A stretch of DNA of 64,000 bases from Escherichia coli (GCF_024223415.1 NZ_CP100501.1), one strand, 5' to 3'; counted from the stretch's first letter, positions 1 to 8,435 are shown. Notes: generated by a model from the sequence alone, not told the origin. Numbers and translations: made by a program.

Positions 1-2
1 CG

Positions 3-233
3 ACAAAAGCAAACTTCTTCGGACACCTGAAAAAGCCACAAATTATCGCAGCCCTGAATGAGGCCGGACTGTCCGGTGCCGCACGGGACGCGGAGAAGAT
101 GAAGAAAGGTGATGCGGCTGAACATGCAGAGCACCATATGAAAGACAACCGCTGGGTTCCAGGCTGGATGTGTGCACCACATCCACAGACAGATGCCACT
201 GAACGCACCGATAACCTGGCTGATGCCGCCTGA
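3..233 (+). CDS. 3' end of an upstream leading-region gene (5' part outside window); product not recognised
   Basis: Open frame runs from the window edge to TGA at 231-233 (about 76 codons, no stop), same strand as psiB; absent from ORF track because there is no in-window start. Confidence 0.3.
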   Translation, partial: TKANFFGHLKKPQIIAALNEAGLSGAARDAEKMKKGDAAEHAEHHMKDNRWVPGWMCAPHPQTDATERTDNLADAA

Positions 234-287
234 TGAACAACCACACCGCCCCGCCGGAGACGGGGCGGCAGCAAGGGAGATACCGTG

Positions 288-722
288 ATGAAAACTGAAC
301 TGACCCTGAATGCCCTGCAGTCCATGAACGCACAGGAATATGAAGATATCCGTGCTGCGGGAAGCGATATGCGCCGTAATCTCACTCACGAGGTGATGCG
401 TGAAGTGGACGCACCGGCTAACTGGATGATGAATGGCGAGTATGGCAGTGAGTTCGGGGGCTTTTTCCCCGTCCAGGTTCGTTTCACGCCAGCCCACGAA
501 CGTTTCCACCTGGCATTATGTTCGCCGGGAGACGTCTCTCAGCTCTGGATGCTGGTTCTGGTGAGTGGTGGTGGACAGCCTTTCGCCGTCGTTCAGGTGC
601 AACATATCTTCACGCCTGTCGCGATCAGTCACACGCTGGCGCTCGCCGCGACACTTGATGCGCAGGGATACAGTGTTAACGACATCATTCATATTTTGAT
701 GGCAGAAGGAGGTCAGGCATGA
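288..722 (+). CDS. psiB: PsiB, plasmid SOS-inhibition protein (RecA inhibitor)
   Basis: About 144 aa starting [25 protein letters not shown], which matches PsiB of F/IncI leading regions from memory; SD AAGGGAGA upstream; 4-bp overlap with the following psiA-like gene. Confidence 0.85.
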   Translation: MKTELTLNALQSMNAQEYEDIRAAGSDMRRNLTHEVMREVDAPANWMMNGEYGSEFGGFFPVQVRFTPAHERFHLALCSPGDVSQLWMLVLVSGGGQPFAVVQVQHIFTPVAISHTLALAATLDAQGYSVNDIIHILMAEGGQA

Positions 723-1438
723 GCGCACGTTCACGGGCACTGATCCCCCTCAGCGCAGAACAACAGGCCGCTATGCAGGCTGTGGCTGTCACCGAACAAC
801 GTCGTCGTCAGGGACGCACACTTTCAGCATGGCCTTATGCCACCGCTTTCTTTCGCTGCCTGAATGGCAGTCGCCGGATTTCGCTGACCGATCTCCGCTT
901 TTTTGCCCCTGCGCTGACGAAGGAGGAATTTCATGGCAACCGTCTCCTGTGGCTGGCTGCAGTGGACAAACTGATTGAAAGTTTTGGTGAAGTCTGTGTT
1001 CTTCCCCTGCCATCCGATGCGGGGCATCGTTTGTTCCCGTCCGTTCCTTTTCGTGAAGGTGAGCGGCGTCGTCAGAAAACCACGCTGACAGAGCAGAAAT
1101 ACAGCCGCCAGCGGGAACGTGAGGCAGAACGACGGGAACGGGAATACCAGACATGTTTTGCTCAGGCGCAGATTGACCTTGCGTTTCATACTCCCGCCAC
1201 GGTCGGAAGCTGGTTGTCCCGCTGGTCTGGTGTTGTTGAGGAGCATGATCTGGAAACGATTTTCTGGGGGTGGTGCGGGCGTTTTCCATCACTGTCATCA
1301 TTTGACCGGTTTTTCTGGCAGGAGGAACCACTCTGGCGGTTGATTTTTGAAGCCGGTGAGGCCGGTCGTGGTGCACCGGTACAGGTACGTGCACTTGAGC
1401 AGTGGATGATCCCGAACAAGCTGGAGAACGTAATATGA
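719..1438 (+). CDS. psiA: PsiA, plasmid SOS-inhibition protein A
   Basis: 239 aa, the canonical PsiA length; N-terminus [18 protein letters not shown]; translationally coupled to psiB. Confidence 0.8.
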   Translation: MSARSRALIPLSAEQQAAMQAVAVTEQRRRQGRTLSAWPYATAFFRCLNGSRRISLTDLRFFAPALTKEEFHGNRLLWLAAVDKLIESFGEVCVLPLPSDAGHRLFPSVPFREGERRRQKTTLTEQKYSRQREREAERREREYQTCFAQAQIDLAFHTPATVGSWLSRWSGVVEEHDLETIFWGWCGRFPSLSSFDRFFWQEEPLWRLIFEAGEAGRGAPVQVRALEQWMIPNKLENVI

Positions 1439-2031
1439 TGAAATCAGACGAAAAATACCAGGTTCCCGCGTGGATGCGACCTCTGTTGCCGTTGCTCTGC
1501 AACACCGGGGAGAACGATCCGGAAGAACTGCTGAATGATACAGAAACCACTGCCAGTGCGAATGTTGTCCGTTATGTGCTGATAGTTGCTGTGCGGTCGC
1601 AGGTTGATCTGCTGCAGCTTCTGTACAGGAAAGGGCTGTTGCGCACAGAGATACCAGGTGGCTTTTCACCGGAAGAAGCGCAGGAACTCCTGGATAATCT
1701 GGTGCGCAGCCATATCAGCAGGGCGCTGTCGGGTGAGCGAATGGCAGCCCGTGACAGGAATGCCGATCTGGCCTGGATTCGACAGCAACTGGTCGATGCC
1801 GCCTGGTTTGTCCGTGCCACACTGGAAGCGCATGGGATGAGCGTCGGAAATGAGAGTCCCCCTGCTCAGCCGGAGACAATGCCGGACATACAGACACGGG
1901 AACTGGTGATGTTGATCAAGCGACTGGCATCATCGCTGAAAGCGGTGAAACCGGACAGTTGTGTGGTGCGTGAAGCGCAGGACTGGCTGCGCGACAGAAA
2001 ACTTGTGAGCATCACGGATGTTCTTCGGTGA
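1435..2031 (+). CDS. hypothetical leading-region protein (198 aa)
   Basis: ATGATG overlap with psiA stop; same strand as leading-region operon; no recognisable domain. Confidence 0.5.
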   Translation: MMKSDEKYQVPAWMRPLLPLLCNTGENDPEELLNDTETTASANVVRYVLIVAVRSQVDLLQLLYRKGLLRTEIPGGFSPEEAQELLDNLVRSHISRALSGERMAARDRNADLAWIRQQLVDAAWFVRATLEAHGMSVGNESPPAQPETMPDIQTRELVMLIKRLASSLKAVKPDSCVVREAQDWLRDRKLVSITDVLR

Positions 2032-2495
2032 ACCAGTGGAGGTATGCTTGAGGAGCAGGGACATGCCGGTCATGATCGTTTCGTTCCAGGGGTGGTCTGG
2101 AGATCATGCGGCGTGTCCTCTGCACTCGCCGGAATAAGGACGTCGCCGCCGGCTCCGCTTTTACCCGGCCATGCGGGGCATGGCCTTGTGGGTTTTCAGC
2201 TCTGTGGCCTCAGCGTCGTGTGCGGGCTGTGCCGTGCCTCCATCGTAGCCGGGCTTCTGCGGGCGGGATGCAAGGTAAGATGAACCGCTGCGGTCACCCG
2301 GTCCCTCCTTCCCGTCTGCCGTGATTTTCCGGTCGTTCACCCGCTCAGATTTCGCGGTCTCACCCTCCAACTCCCGTCAGCCGTGCGCGTCGGGCTGCGG
2401 CTTTCCTTGCGCCCTTGCATCCCTGCAGGCCCGGCAAAGATGGAGGCACGGCACCGCCCGGTGTCGCAGAACATGTGACTATGGAGGATTCGGGA

Positions 2496-2996
2496 ATGTC
2501 TGTTGTTGCACCTGCTGTATACGTTGGAACCTGGCACAAATATAACTGCGGAAGCATCGCCGGCCGCTGGTTTGACCTGACCACGTTTGATGATGAACGC
2601 GATTTTTTCGCCGCCTGCCGTGCCCTTCACCAGGATGAAACCGATCCGGAACTGATGTTTCAGGATTATGAGGGTTTCCCGGGGAATATGGCCTCTGAAT
2701 GTCATATCAACTGGGCCTGGGTTGAAGGCTTCCGCCGGGCACGGGATGAAGGCTGCGAAGAGGCTTATCGTCTCTGGGTGGATGATACCGGTGAGACGGA
2801 TTTTGACAGCTTCCGCGATGCCTGGTGGGGCGAGGCTGACAGTGAGGAGGCTTTTGCGGTTGAGTTCGTCAGTGATACCGGCCTGCTGGCTGACGTGCCG
2901 GAGACGGTGGCGCTCTATTTTGACTATGAGGCGTATGCGCGGGATTTATTCCTGGACTCCTTCACCTTTATTGACGGTCATGTGTTCCGTCGGTGA
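2496..2996 (+). CDS. ardA: ArdA antirestriction protein (DNA mimic, anti type I R-M)
   Basis: 166 aa, MSVVAPAVYVGTWHKYNCGSIAGRWFDLTTFDDERDFFAACRALHQDE; acidic C-terminal half typical of ArdA; preceded by ~460 bp of GC-rich untranslated leader. Confidence 0.9.
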   Translation: MSVVAPAVYVGTWHKYNCGSIAGRWFDLTTFDDERDFFAACRALHQDETDPELMFQDYEGFPGNMASECHINWAWVEGFRRARDEGCEEAYRLWVDDTGETDFDSFRDAWWGEADSEEAFAVEFVSDTGLLADVPETVALYFDYEAYARDLFLDSFTFIDGHVFRR

Positions 2997-3348
2997 TTTA
3001 CTCCCCCGCTCCGGCGGGGGTATGGCCTGCCGGGCCGCCGGAAAACCCTGGCAGGCTTACGCCTGCCTGAAATACAGGAGGGCCGCGCCTGCGGCGCTGC
3101 CCTTCCTGCCCGTCATGGTGTGAGGCATTTTTCTGTTTTGTCGTTTCTGTTGTTCTGATGCCCGGAGGCGGGGACACCCTTCGGCTCCCGGCTGCCTGGC
3201 GGCATCCGGTCGTCGGCCCGACTCCGACAGGCAGCTGCTGGCGCACCCGCCAGTCTCCGCCGAACCCGCTGGCGCGGTTTCGGGCTGCCGCTACGGTCCG
3301 ATGTCTGAAAAACCAGGCCTGCAGCGACCGTTCCGGTCGCGCCGCCCC

Positions 3349-3675
3349 TGTCGCGCCGGAAACGGCGCTCCCTGCACACCTGACGGTGTGTAAGGCCACT
3401 GCGCCTGATGGCGCAGTCAACCCTTCCGCCGCCACCCCTGCGGCCTGTTTCCCGCTGTGGACTTTCCGGGGGCTGAAGCGGCCACAACACGGGGCAGCCG
3501 TCCAGGGGAGAGATGTACCAGCCACAAAACTTTTTGCCGCAGGCGTCAAAAACTTTTGCGTCTGCCCCCGGACAACTGCCCCGTGCCGTGGCAGTCGCTG
3601 CCCCATCGGAAAGGTCCACTGCGGGGAGAAACCCCGAAGAAGTGGACGGCAGAAGGGGCTTTCGCCCCTCCGGGG
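3349..3675 (+). promoter_or_regulatory. Frpo/ssi-like single-strand promoter repeat, copy A
   Basis: About 330 bp GC-rich non-coding segment, near-identical to 6214-6543 (more than 80 bp identical around ccaggggagagatgtaccagccacaaaactttttgccgcaggcgtcaaaaacttttgcgtctgcccccggacaactgccccgtg); ends about 50 bp before the start codon at 3725. Confidence 0.55.
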
Positions 3676-3724
3676 GAGCAACCGGTCGGCCCGGCGACCT
3701 GATTCAGCAGAAGGAGACGTTTTC

Positions 3725-4159
3725 ATGACAGTCAGCAGCACGATTTCCGTTTTTTGCCGAGACGGGGTGTTCCGTACCGTTTACTGCCACCTGCACGGTG
3801 AGCCGACCTGGAACGGTCGCATCCTGCATACCCACTATGCCACCGGTCAGCTGGCCGAAGCCCTGGTTGAACACGGAGATATCCGTTGCCTCGGTCCCCG
3901 TTGCGACAAACCCGCCGGGCATACGCTTCAGAACCCGGTGGACGGTGTGACGGCTTATTACGGACGTGACAGTGGTTTCCGGATGGACAGTGAGGCGCGT
4001 GAGTACCGTTCTTTCAGGGAGGCTATTGCCACTGAAAGCACTGAAGAGGTGCGCTTCCATTATGTGTTCATCGACGGCTACTGGAAGGTGATGTACCGCA
4101 CGCCGGAAGGCTGGAAGATGAAAGCGCTCGCGCTGGCACTGCGTCGCTGTCCGGAATGA
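3725..4159 (+). CDS. hypothetical protein (144 aa), first gene downstream of promoter repeat A
   Basis: ATG at 3725 with GGAGACG SD-like sequence; MTVSSTISVFCRDGVFRTVYCHLHGEPTWNG; no recognised domain. Confidence 0.6.
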   Translation: MTVSSTISVFCRDGVFRTVYCHLHGEPTWNGRILHTHYATGQLAEALVEHGDIRCLGPRCDKPAGHTLQNPVDGVTAYYGRDSGFRMDSEAREYRSFREAIATESTEEVRFHYVFIDGYWKVMYRTPEGWKMKALALALRRCPE

Positions 4160-4250
4160 AAAAAAGCAGGGCGATAAACCCTGCCTCTCTCCGCCGCTGC
4201 TTCCCGGCCAGGAAGAGCGGCAGTCATCAACAACATAAGGAGAAATATTT

Positions 4251-4517
4251 GTGAGACCATCAATTATCTTCGCAACCGCCGAGTATGTAAAGCGTCTGCG
4301 TGAAGAGTGCCTGCGGGAGAATAAACCCCTGCACCGCCATACCCGCTTCAGACGTCAGGAGCTGGCACAGGATGAGATTAACCCGGACGTCCTGGCGATG
4401 AGCGGTCATATCGCCAGACGCTGCAGTGAGCAGAAGCGGGTGCGTATCCCCGCCATGAAAGTCAGCGAATGGGGCCACCTGCTCCGCGCGCTTGAAATTG
4501 AACGGGTCTGTCACTGA
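4251..4517 (+). CDS. hypothetical protein (88 aa, GTG start)
   Basis: AAGGAG SD 8 nt before GTG; lies between the 144-aa gene and rpn. Confidence 0.45.
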   Translation: MRPSIIFATAEYVKRLREECLRENKPLHRHTRFRRQELAQDEINPDVLAMSGHIARRCSEQKRVRIPAMKVSEWGHLLRALEIERVCH

Positions 4518-4581
4518 TTAACCCTTGCCGTCTGCCTGTGCAGGCGGCAGGATACGTTCAGACATCTCACCAGGAGGAACC

Positions 4582-5460
4582 GTGAGTAAGAAGAAAAACA
4601 CCACAACGCCCACGCCGCATGATGCCGCGTTCCGGTCGTTCCTGGCGAATCCCGACGTTGCCAGGGATTTTCTGGAGTTGCATCTTCCTGCGGAGTACCG
4701 GCAGTTGTGCGACCTGTCCACCCTGAAGCTGGAACCCGCCACCTTTGTTGAGCCGGACCTGCATCAGTACGCCAGCGATATCCTCTGGAGTGTGAAAACC
4801 ACCGGGGGTGAAGACGGCTATGTTTATACGCTCATCGAGCACCAGAGCACCGAAAATCTGTACATGCCTTTTCGCATGTTACGTTACAGTGTGGCGGCGA
4901 TGCAGAGACATCTGGAGCAGCACAAAACGTTGCCACTGGTCATTCCGGTGCTGTTCTATCACGGTGAGCGCAGCCCGTACCCGTACAGCATGAACTGGCT
5001 GGACTGTTTTGAGAATCCGGCACTTGCGGCTAAAATATACACAAAGCCGTTTCCGCTGGTTGATATCACTGTCGTTGATGACAATGAAATCATGAACCAT
5101 CGCCGGATGGCCGCACTGACGCTGCTGATGAAGCATATCCGCCATCGTGACATGATGGAGCTGCTGGACAAACTCCCGCAGGTCATGGTGGAAATTTCAG
5201 ACGAGCAGGTGCGTGTTCTGATTCATTACATCGTTAACGCAGGGGACACTGTATCACCGGAATTTATGCGGGCGCTGGCCGAGCGCCTGCCGCAGCATGA
5301 GGATAAACTGATGACAATCGCAGAACGTCTTGAGCAGAAAGGTGCGCTTGAAAAAGCCCTGGCCATTGCGCGTCAGCTTCAGAAAATGGGGATGACACCT
5401 GAGCAGATTAAGCAGGCCACCGGACTTTCCGAAGCTGAACTGAAAAAAGTCATTCACTGA
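4582..5460 (+). CDS. rpn: Rpn family recombination-promoting nuclease (YhgA-like PD-(D/E)XK)
   Basis: AGGAGG SD then GTG; HDAAFRSFLANPDVARDFLELHLPAEYRQLCDLSTLKLE and FYHGERSPYPYS motifs as in E. coli RpnA-E; C-terminal tail MTIAERLEQKG...TGLSEAELKK. Confidence 0.8.
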   Translation: MSKKKNTTTPTPHDAAFRSFLANPDVARDFLELHLPAEYRQLCDLSTLKLEPATFVEPDLHQYASDILWSVKTTGGEDGYVYTLIEHQSTENLYMPFRMLRYSVAAMQRHLEQHKTLPLVIPVLFYHGERSPYPYSMNWLDCFENPALAAKIYTKPFPLVDITVVDDNEIMNHRRMAALTLLMKHIRHRDMMELLDKLPQVMVEISDEQVRVLIHYIVNAGDTVSPEFMRALAERLPQHEDKLMTIAERLEQKGALEKALAIARQLQKMGMTPEQIKQATGLSEAELKKVIH

Positions 5461-5474
5461 TGAGAGCATCACAG

Positions 5475-5498
5475 CCCGGCAAAATGCCGGGCTTTTTG
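5475..5498 (+). terminator. rho-independent terminator-like hairpin after rpn
   Basis: cccggcaaaatgccggg followed by cttttt. Confidence 0.45.
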
Positions 5499-5521
5499 CC
5501 AGCAGGAGCAGAGCAAACAGC

Positions 5522-5728
5522 ATGACGATTGCAGAACGTCTTATACAGAAAGGTTTCGACGAGGGTTTTAAAGAAGGTTTTAAAGAAGGTTTTAAACAAG
5601 GAGCTCTTGAAGTGGCGCGGGAAATAGCCTGCCGGCTTCGGGATATAGGCTGGTCGCCGGAACGGATTCAGGAGGTCACGGGACTTTCCGGTGAAGAACT
5701 GAAAAAGCTGTTTCCTGATGAGCAGTAG
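5522..5728 (+). CDS. stand-alone small protein resembling the Rpn C-terminal domain (RpnS-like), 68 aa
   Basis: MTIAERLIQKG...ALEVAREIACRL...TGLSGEELKK aligns with the last ~49 aa of the upstream Rpn protein; contains three 12-bp tandem repeats encoding EGFK (5561-5596). Confidence 0.55.
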   Translation: MTIAERLIQKGFDEGFKEGFKEGFKQGALEVAREIACRLRDIGWSPERIQEVTGLSGEELKKLFPDEQ

Positions 5729-5758
5729 CCTGGCATTCAGCCAGGCTGTGAATCACGC

Positions 5759-6010
5759 TCACACATCCTCTGCCGTTTCCCCCAGTTCATTTTCCAGTCG
5801 CCTGATGATATCTGCCTTACGCATCCCCTGCATGTGAGGCAGCAGGTCACGGACTGAAAGTGCCTGGGTGGTCCTCCAGACGGTGACGTCCACCTGTTCC
5901 GCATTTTCCCAGGCGTGCCATGTTCTCTGCGTCACGCCAAATTCTCTGGCCGCTTTTTCGCGTGACCAGAGCATGCTTTTTCGCCAGATTCGCAGTTCCC
6001 ATCCGGTCAT
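5759..6010 (-). CDS. small helix-turn-helix DNA-binding protein (83 aa)
   Basis: AREFGVTQRTWHAWE HTH-like motif; divergent from promoter repeat B; palindromic sites in its upstream region. Confidence 0.55.
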   Translation of the reverse strand: MTGWELRIWRKSMLWSREKAAREFGVTQRTWHAWENAEQVDVTVWRTTQALSVRDLLPHMQGMRKADIIRRLENELGETAEDV

Positions 6011-6025
6011 AAAACACCTTTGAAA

Positions 6026-6111
6026 AAGTGAAAAAACTTCACTTTATTTTATCATCACAATTGCCAAATCAGCGCGATAAATAAGTGTAAAAAAGTGAAG
6101 AAATTTCACTT
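6026..6111. promoter_or_regulatory. two palindromic operator-like sites, AAGTGAA-N5-TTCACTT
   Basis: aagtgaaaaaacttcactt at 6026-6044 and aagtgaagaaatttcactt at 6093-6111, in the intergenic region between the HTH gene and promoter repeat B. Confidence 0.4.
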
Positions 6112-6213
6112 TTTTTGGTTGTAAATGTCGTGCGGTTTTCTCTGTTTTCACCTGTGCGGGAGTGGTGTGCCAGTGACCACCACATGCCATTGTTGTGCCG
6201 TCGTTTTTCTTCA

Positions 6214-6543
6214 GTCGCGCCGGATGCGGCGCTCCCTGCACACCTTACGGTGTGTAAGGCCACTGCGCCTGATGGCGCAGCTGCCTCTGCCTGTCTGCCG
6301 CCGCACTGCGGCCTGTTCTCCGCAGACGGACTTTCCGGGGGTACATACACGACCACATCCCGTTTCAGTCGTCCAGGGGAGAGATGTACCAGCCACAAAA
6401 CTTTTTGCCGCAGGCGTCAAAAACTTTTGCGTCTGCCCCCGGACAACTGCCCCGTGACGTGGTGAGCGTCCCCCGTCGGAAAGGTCCACTGCGGGGAAAT
6501 CCCCGAAGACCCGGACGGCAGAAGGAGCTTCGCTCCTCCGGGA
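6214..6543 (+). promoter_or_regulatory. Frpo/ssi-like single-strand promoter repeat, copy B
   Basis: Near-identical to 3349-3675; ends about 45 bp before the start codon at 6587. Confidence 0.55.
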
Positions 6544-6586
6544 AATGACCTGGCTGACCCGGCAGTCGTGACGATGAGGAGACAAT

Positions 6587-7438
6587 GTGATGAATCAGAC
6601 TTTACCCACTGCTGACCTGAATACTGCCGGCACGACAGATGTTATTCCGTCTGTGGCTATCGACCGCATCATCGCGCAGCGTAACGAAGGTATTGCACTG
6701 TTCATGCAGGCGATGGAATGCCTGGCGACAGCGCGCAGGATTCTGCTCGATGCTTCCGGTGACATTTTTCTCTACGGGTTTGAAGACTGCGTGACTGACT
6801 CCGTTCGATGCATGGATAAACCGGAAGAAGCGAAAAGGAATATCACCCGTCTTGCCGACCGGAAAATCTGGGACCGCCTGATGACAGATACGGGCATGTA
6901 CACCTTCATGAGTTCATGCCAGCGTGATGAGTGGAACAGCCAGCTGATGAGCGACACCTGTCCTGAAATCACCCTGGACAATGTACTGGCAACATTCCGC
7001 CATCTTAATGCCAGCAAGATGCAGACATTTGAACAGGGACTGATTGATGTCTACCGGAAATTGTCATGGGATTACAGAACCAATAATCCCTGCCGTCTGG
7101 GCAAGAAAATCATTATTGAAAACCTGCTGTACCGCTGGAGTAACGGGCGTGTGACGCTGGACTGCAGCAGACGGGAGGCACTGGATGACCTGGTACGTCC
7201 GTTTTATCTGCTGGAGGGGCGCAACGTTCCTGACTTCAGGAACAGCATCGGGGCGCAGTATGGTGAATTTCTCAGGAACGGCGACAATGTCGGTAAGTTG
7301 TTAGAAGGGGAATATTTTACGGTGCGTGGCTACCAGAAAGGGACCGTACACATTGTCTTTAAGCGTTCTGACCTTGTTGAAAAACTGAATGATATTATTG
7401 CACGGCATTATCCTGGTGCATTGCCGCCACGAGTCTGA
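6587..7438 (+). CDS. hypothetical protein (283 aa), first gene downstream of promoter repeat B
   Basis: GGAGACA SD-like then ATGATG; no catalytic motif recognised; followed by a hairpin terminator. Confidence 0.6.
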   Translation: MMNQTLPTADLNTAGTTDVIPSVAIDRIIAQRNEGIALFMQAMECLATARRILLDASGDIFLYGFEDCVTDSVRCMDKPEEAKRNITRLADRKIWDRLMTDTGMYTFMSSCQRDEWNSQLMSDTCPEITLDNVLATFRHLNASKMQTFEQGLIDVYRKLSWDYRTNNPCRLGKKIIIENLLYRWSNGRVTLDCSRREALDDLVRPFYLLEGRNVPDFRNSIGAQYGEFLRNGDNVGKLLEGEYFTVRGYQKGTVHIVFKRSDLVEKLNDIIARHYPGALPPRV

Positions 7439-7448
7439 TTAAACAGAA

Positions 7449-7481
7449 AAGCCCTGGTATTTATGCCGGGGCTTTTTTTTC
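7449..7481. terminator. hairpin plus T-run, likely bidirectional terminator
   Basis: aagccc...gggctt stem followed by tttttttt between convergent genes. Confidence 0.5.
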
Positions 7482-7523
7482 TGTAATCATCATAATCTCA
7501 GAACACGATGTGACATTGTCACA

Positions 7524-7865
7524 TCAATTGTTGTTCATATCGATGCCATCTTTCCTGCCTGAATCTGTCTTTTTAGGTGCTGTTTTAGAGGAAGAACGGC
7601 GGGATGTTTTTTTCGATTCTGCTTCCCGAATAATGTCACGAAGTGCCTTCTCTCCTACTTCATACCCTGCATTTTTGAGCGTGTCACGAATATCTGCCAG
7701 TGTATAACCCTTTGTCCTTACCAGGACAATAATGTCATCACGAATGGCATCAAGAAAATCACGCAATGTTTTCCGTTGAGCGGTGAGATCTGGCAATTCC
7801 GATAAAGCAGCTTTTGCCAGCTGGATGTCATCATCTGAGTAAAATTTTTTAGAAGCCATTGGCAC
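7524..7865 (-). CDS. hypothetical oriT-proximal protein (about 111 aa) with basic C-terminus
   Basis: MASKKFYSDDDIQLAKAALSELPDL...; lysine/serine-rich C-terminal tail; transcribed away from oriT. Confidence 0.5.
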   Translation of the reverse strand: MPMASKKFYSDDDIQLAKAALSELPDLTAQRKTLRDFLDAIRDDIIVLVRTKGYTLADIRDTLKNAGYEVGEKALRDIIREAESKKTSRRSSSKTAPKKTDSGRKDGIDMNNN

Positions 7866-7989
7866 TTTCTCTCCGTTTAATCTTGAAGCCTGATTTTATC
7901 ATCAAAAACTGACTCCTGGCAGGGCTGCGCCCTGCCTCTGCCGTCTGCATAAGACTATGATGCACAAAAATAACAGGCTATAATGGCAT

Positions 7990-8090
7990 GAAAAACGGGA
8001 CAGGATGTGTAATCGTATAACCGCGCACGCACGGCTATACGATTACCACCTGGTCAGGGCTTAGCCCCGACACCCCGGTAAGGAGCAGAC
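7990..8090. other. origin of transfer (oriT) region
   Basis: Intergenic region immediately upstream of nikA with 11-bp inverted repeat gtaatcgtata (8009-8019) / tatacgattac (8036-8046); nick position not determinable by eye. Confidence 0.55.
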
Positions 8091-8091
8091 C

Positions 8092-8424
8092 ATGAGTGAG
8101 AAGAAAACCCGAAGTGGCAGTGAGAAACGGCAAAAGAATGTCCTCATTGCTGTTCGTTTTTCACCAGAAGAGGCTGAGATTGTTAAAGAAAAGGCAGAAA
8201 AAAACGGACTGACAGTTTCAACTCTGATAAGAAAAACTGTGCTGGGAAAACAGATAAATGCCCGCATTGATGAAGATTTTTTGAAAGAGCTGATGCGTCT
8301 TGGTCGCCTGCAGAAGCATCTGTTTGTGGAAGGAAAACGCACGGGAGATAAAGAGTATGCAGAGGTTCTCGTTGCTATTACAGAACTTGCTAATACTCTG
8401 CGAAGAGATTTAATGGGACGCTGA
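8092..8424 (+). CDS. nikA: NikA relaxosome accessory protein (ribbon-helix-helix)
   Basis: 110 aa; NGLTVSTLIRKTVLGKQIN...FLKELMRLGRLQKHLFVEGKRTGDKEYAEVLVAITE as in IncI1 NikA. Confidence 0.85.
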   Translation: MSEKKTRSGSEKRQKNVLIAVRFSPEEAEIVKEKAEKNGLTVSTLIRKTVLGKQINARIDEDFLKELMRLGRLQKHLFVEGKRTGDKEYAEVLVAITELANTLRRDLMGR

Positions 8425-8435
8425 GATAATCGCTG

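Noticed and set aside
789-1669. Minus-strand ORFs 789-1550, 824-1246, 1298-1669 antisense to psiA and the following gene
   Set aside because: Antisense to well-supported coding sequences (PsiA match); typical GC-rich shadow ORFs
2998-3741. Long ORFs on both strands (2998-3741 -, 3113-3619 -, 3158-3724 + extension, 3457-3702 +, 3513-3728 +) across promoter repeat A
   Set aside because: They lie in GC-rich repeated DNA where long open frames arise by chance, the same sequence at 6214-6543 does not keep these frames, and there are no ribosome-binding sites; the real gene starts at ATG 3725
6069-6585. ORFs 6069-6398 (-), 6115-6465 (+), 6125-6457 (+), 6211-6585 (-) across promoter repeat B
   Set aside because: Same reasoning: mutually overlapping frames in a duplicated non-coding GC-rich repeat
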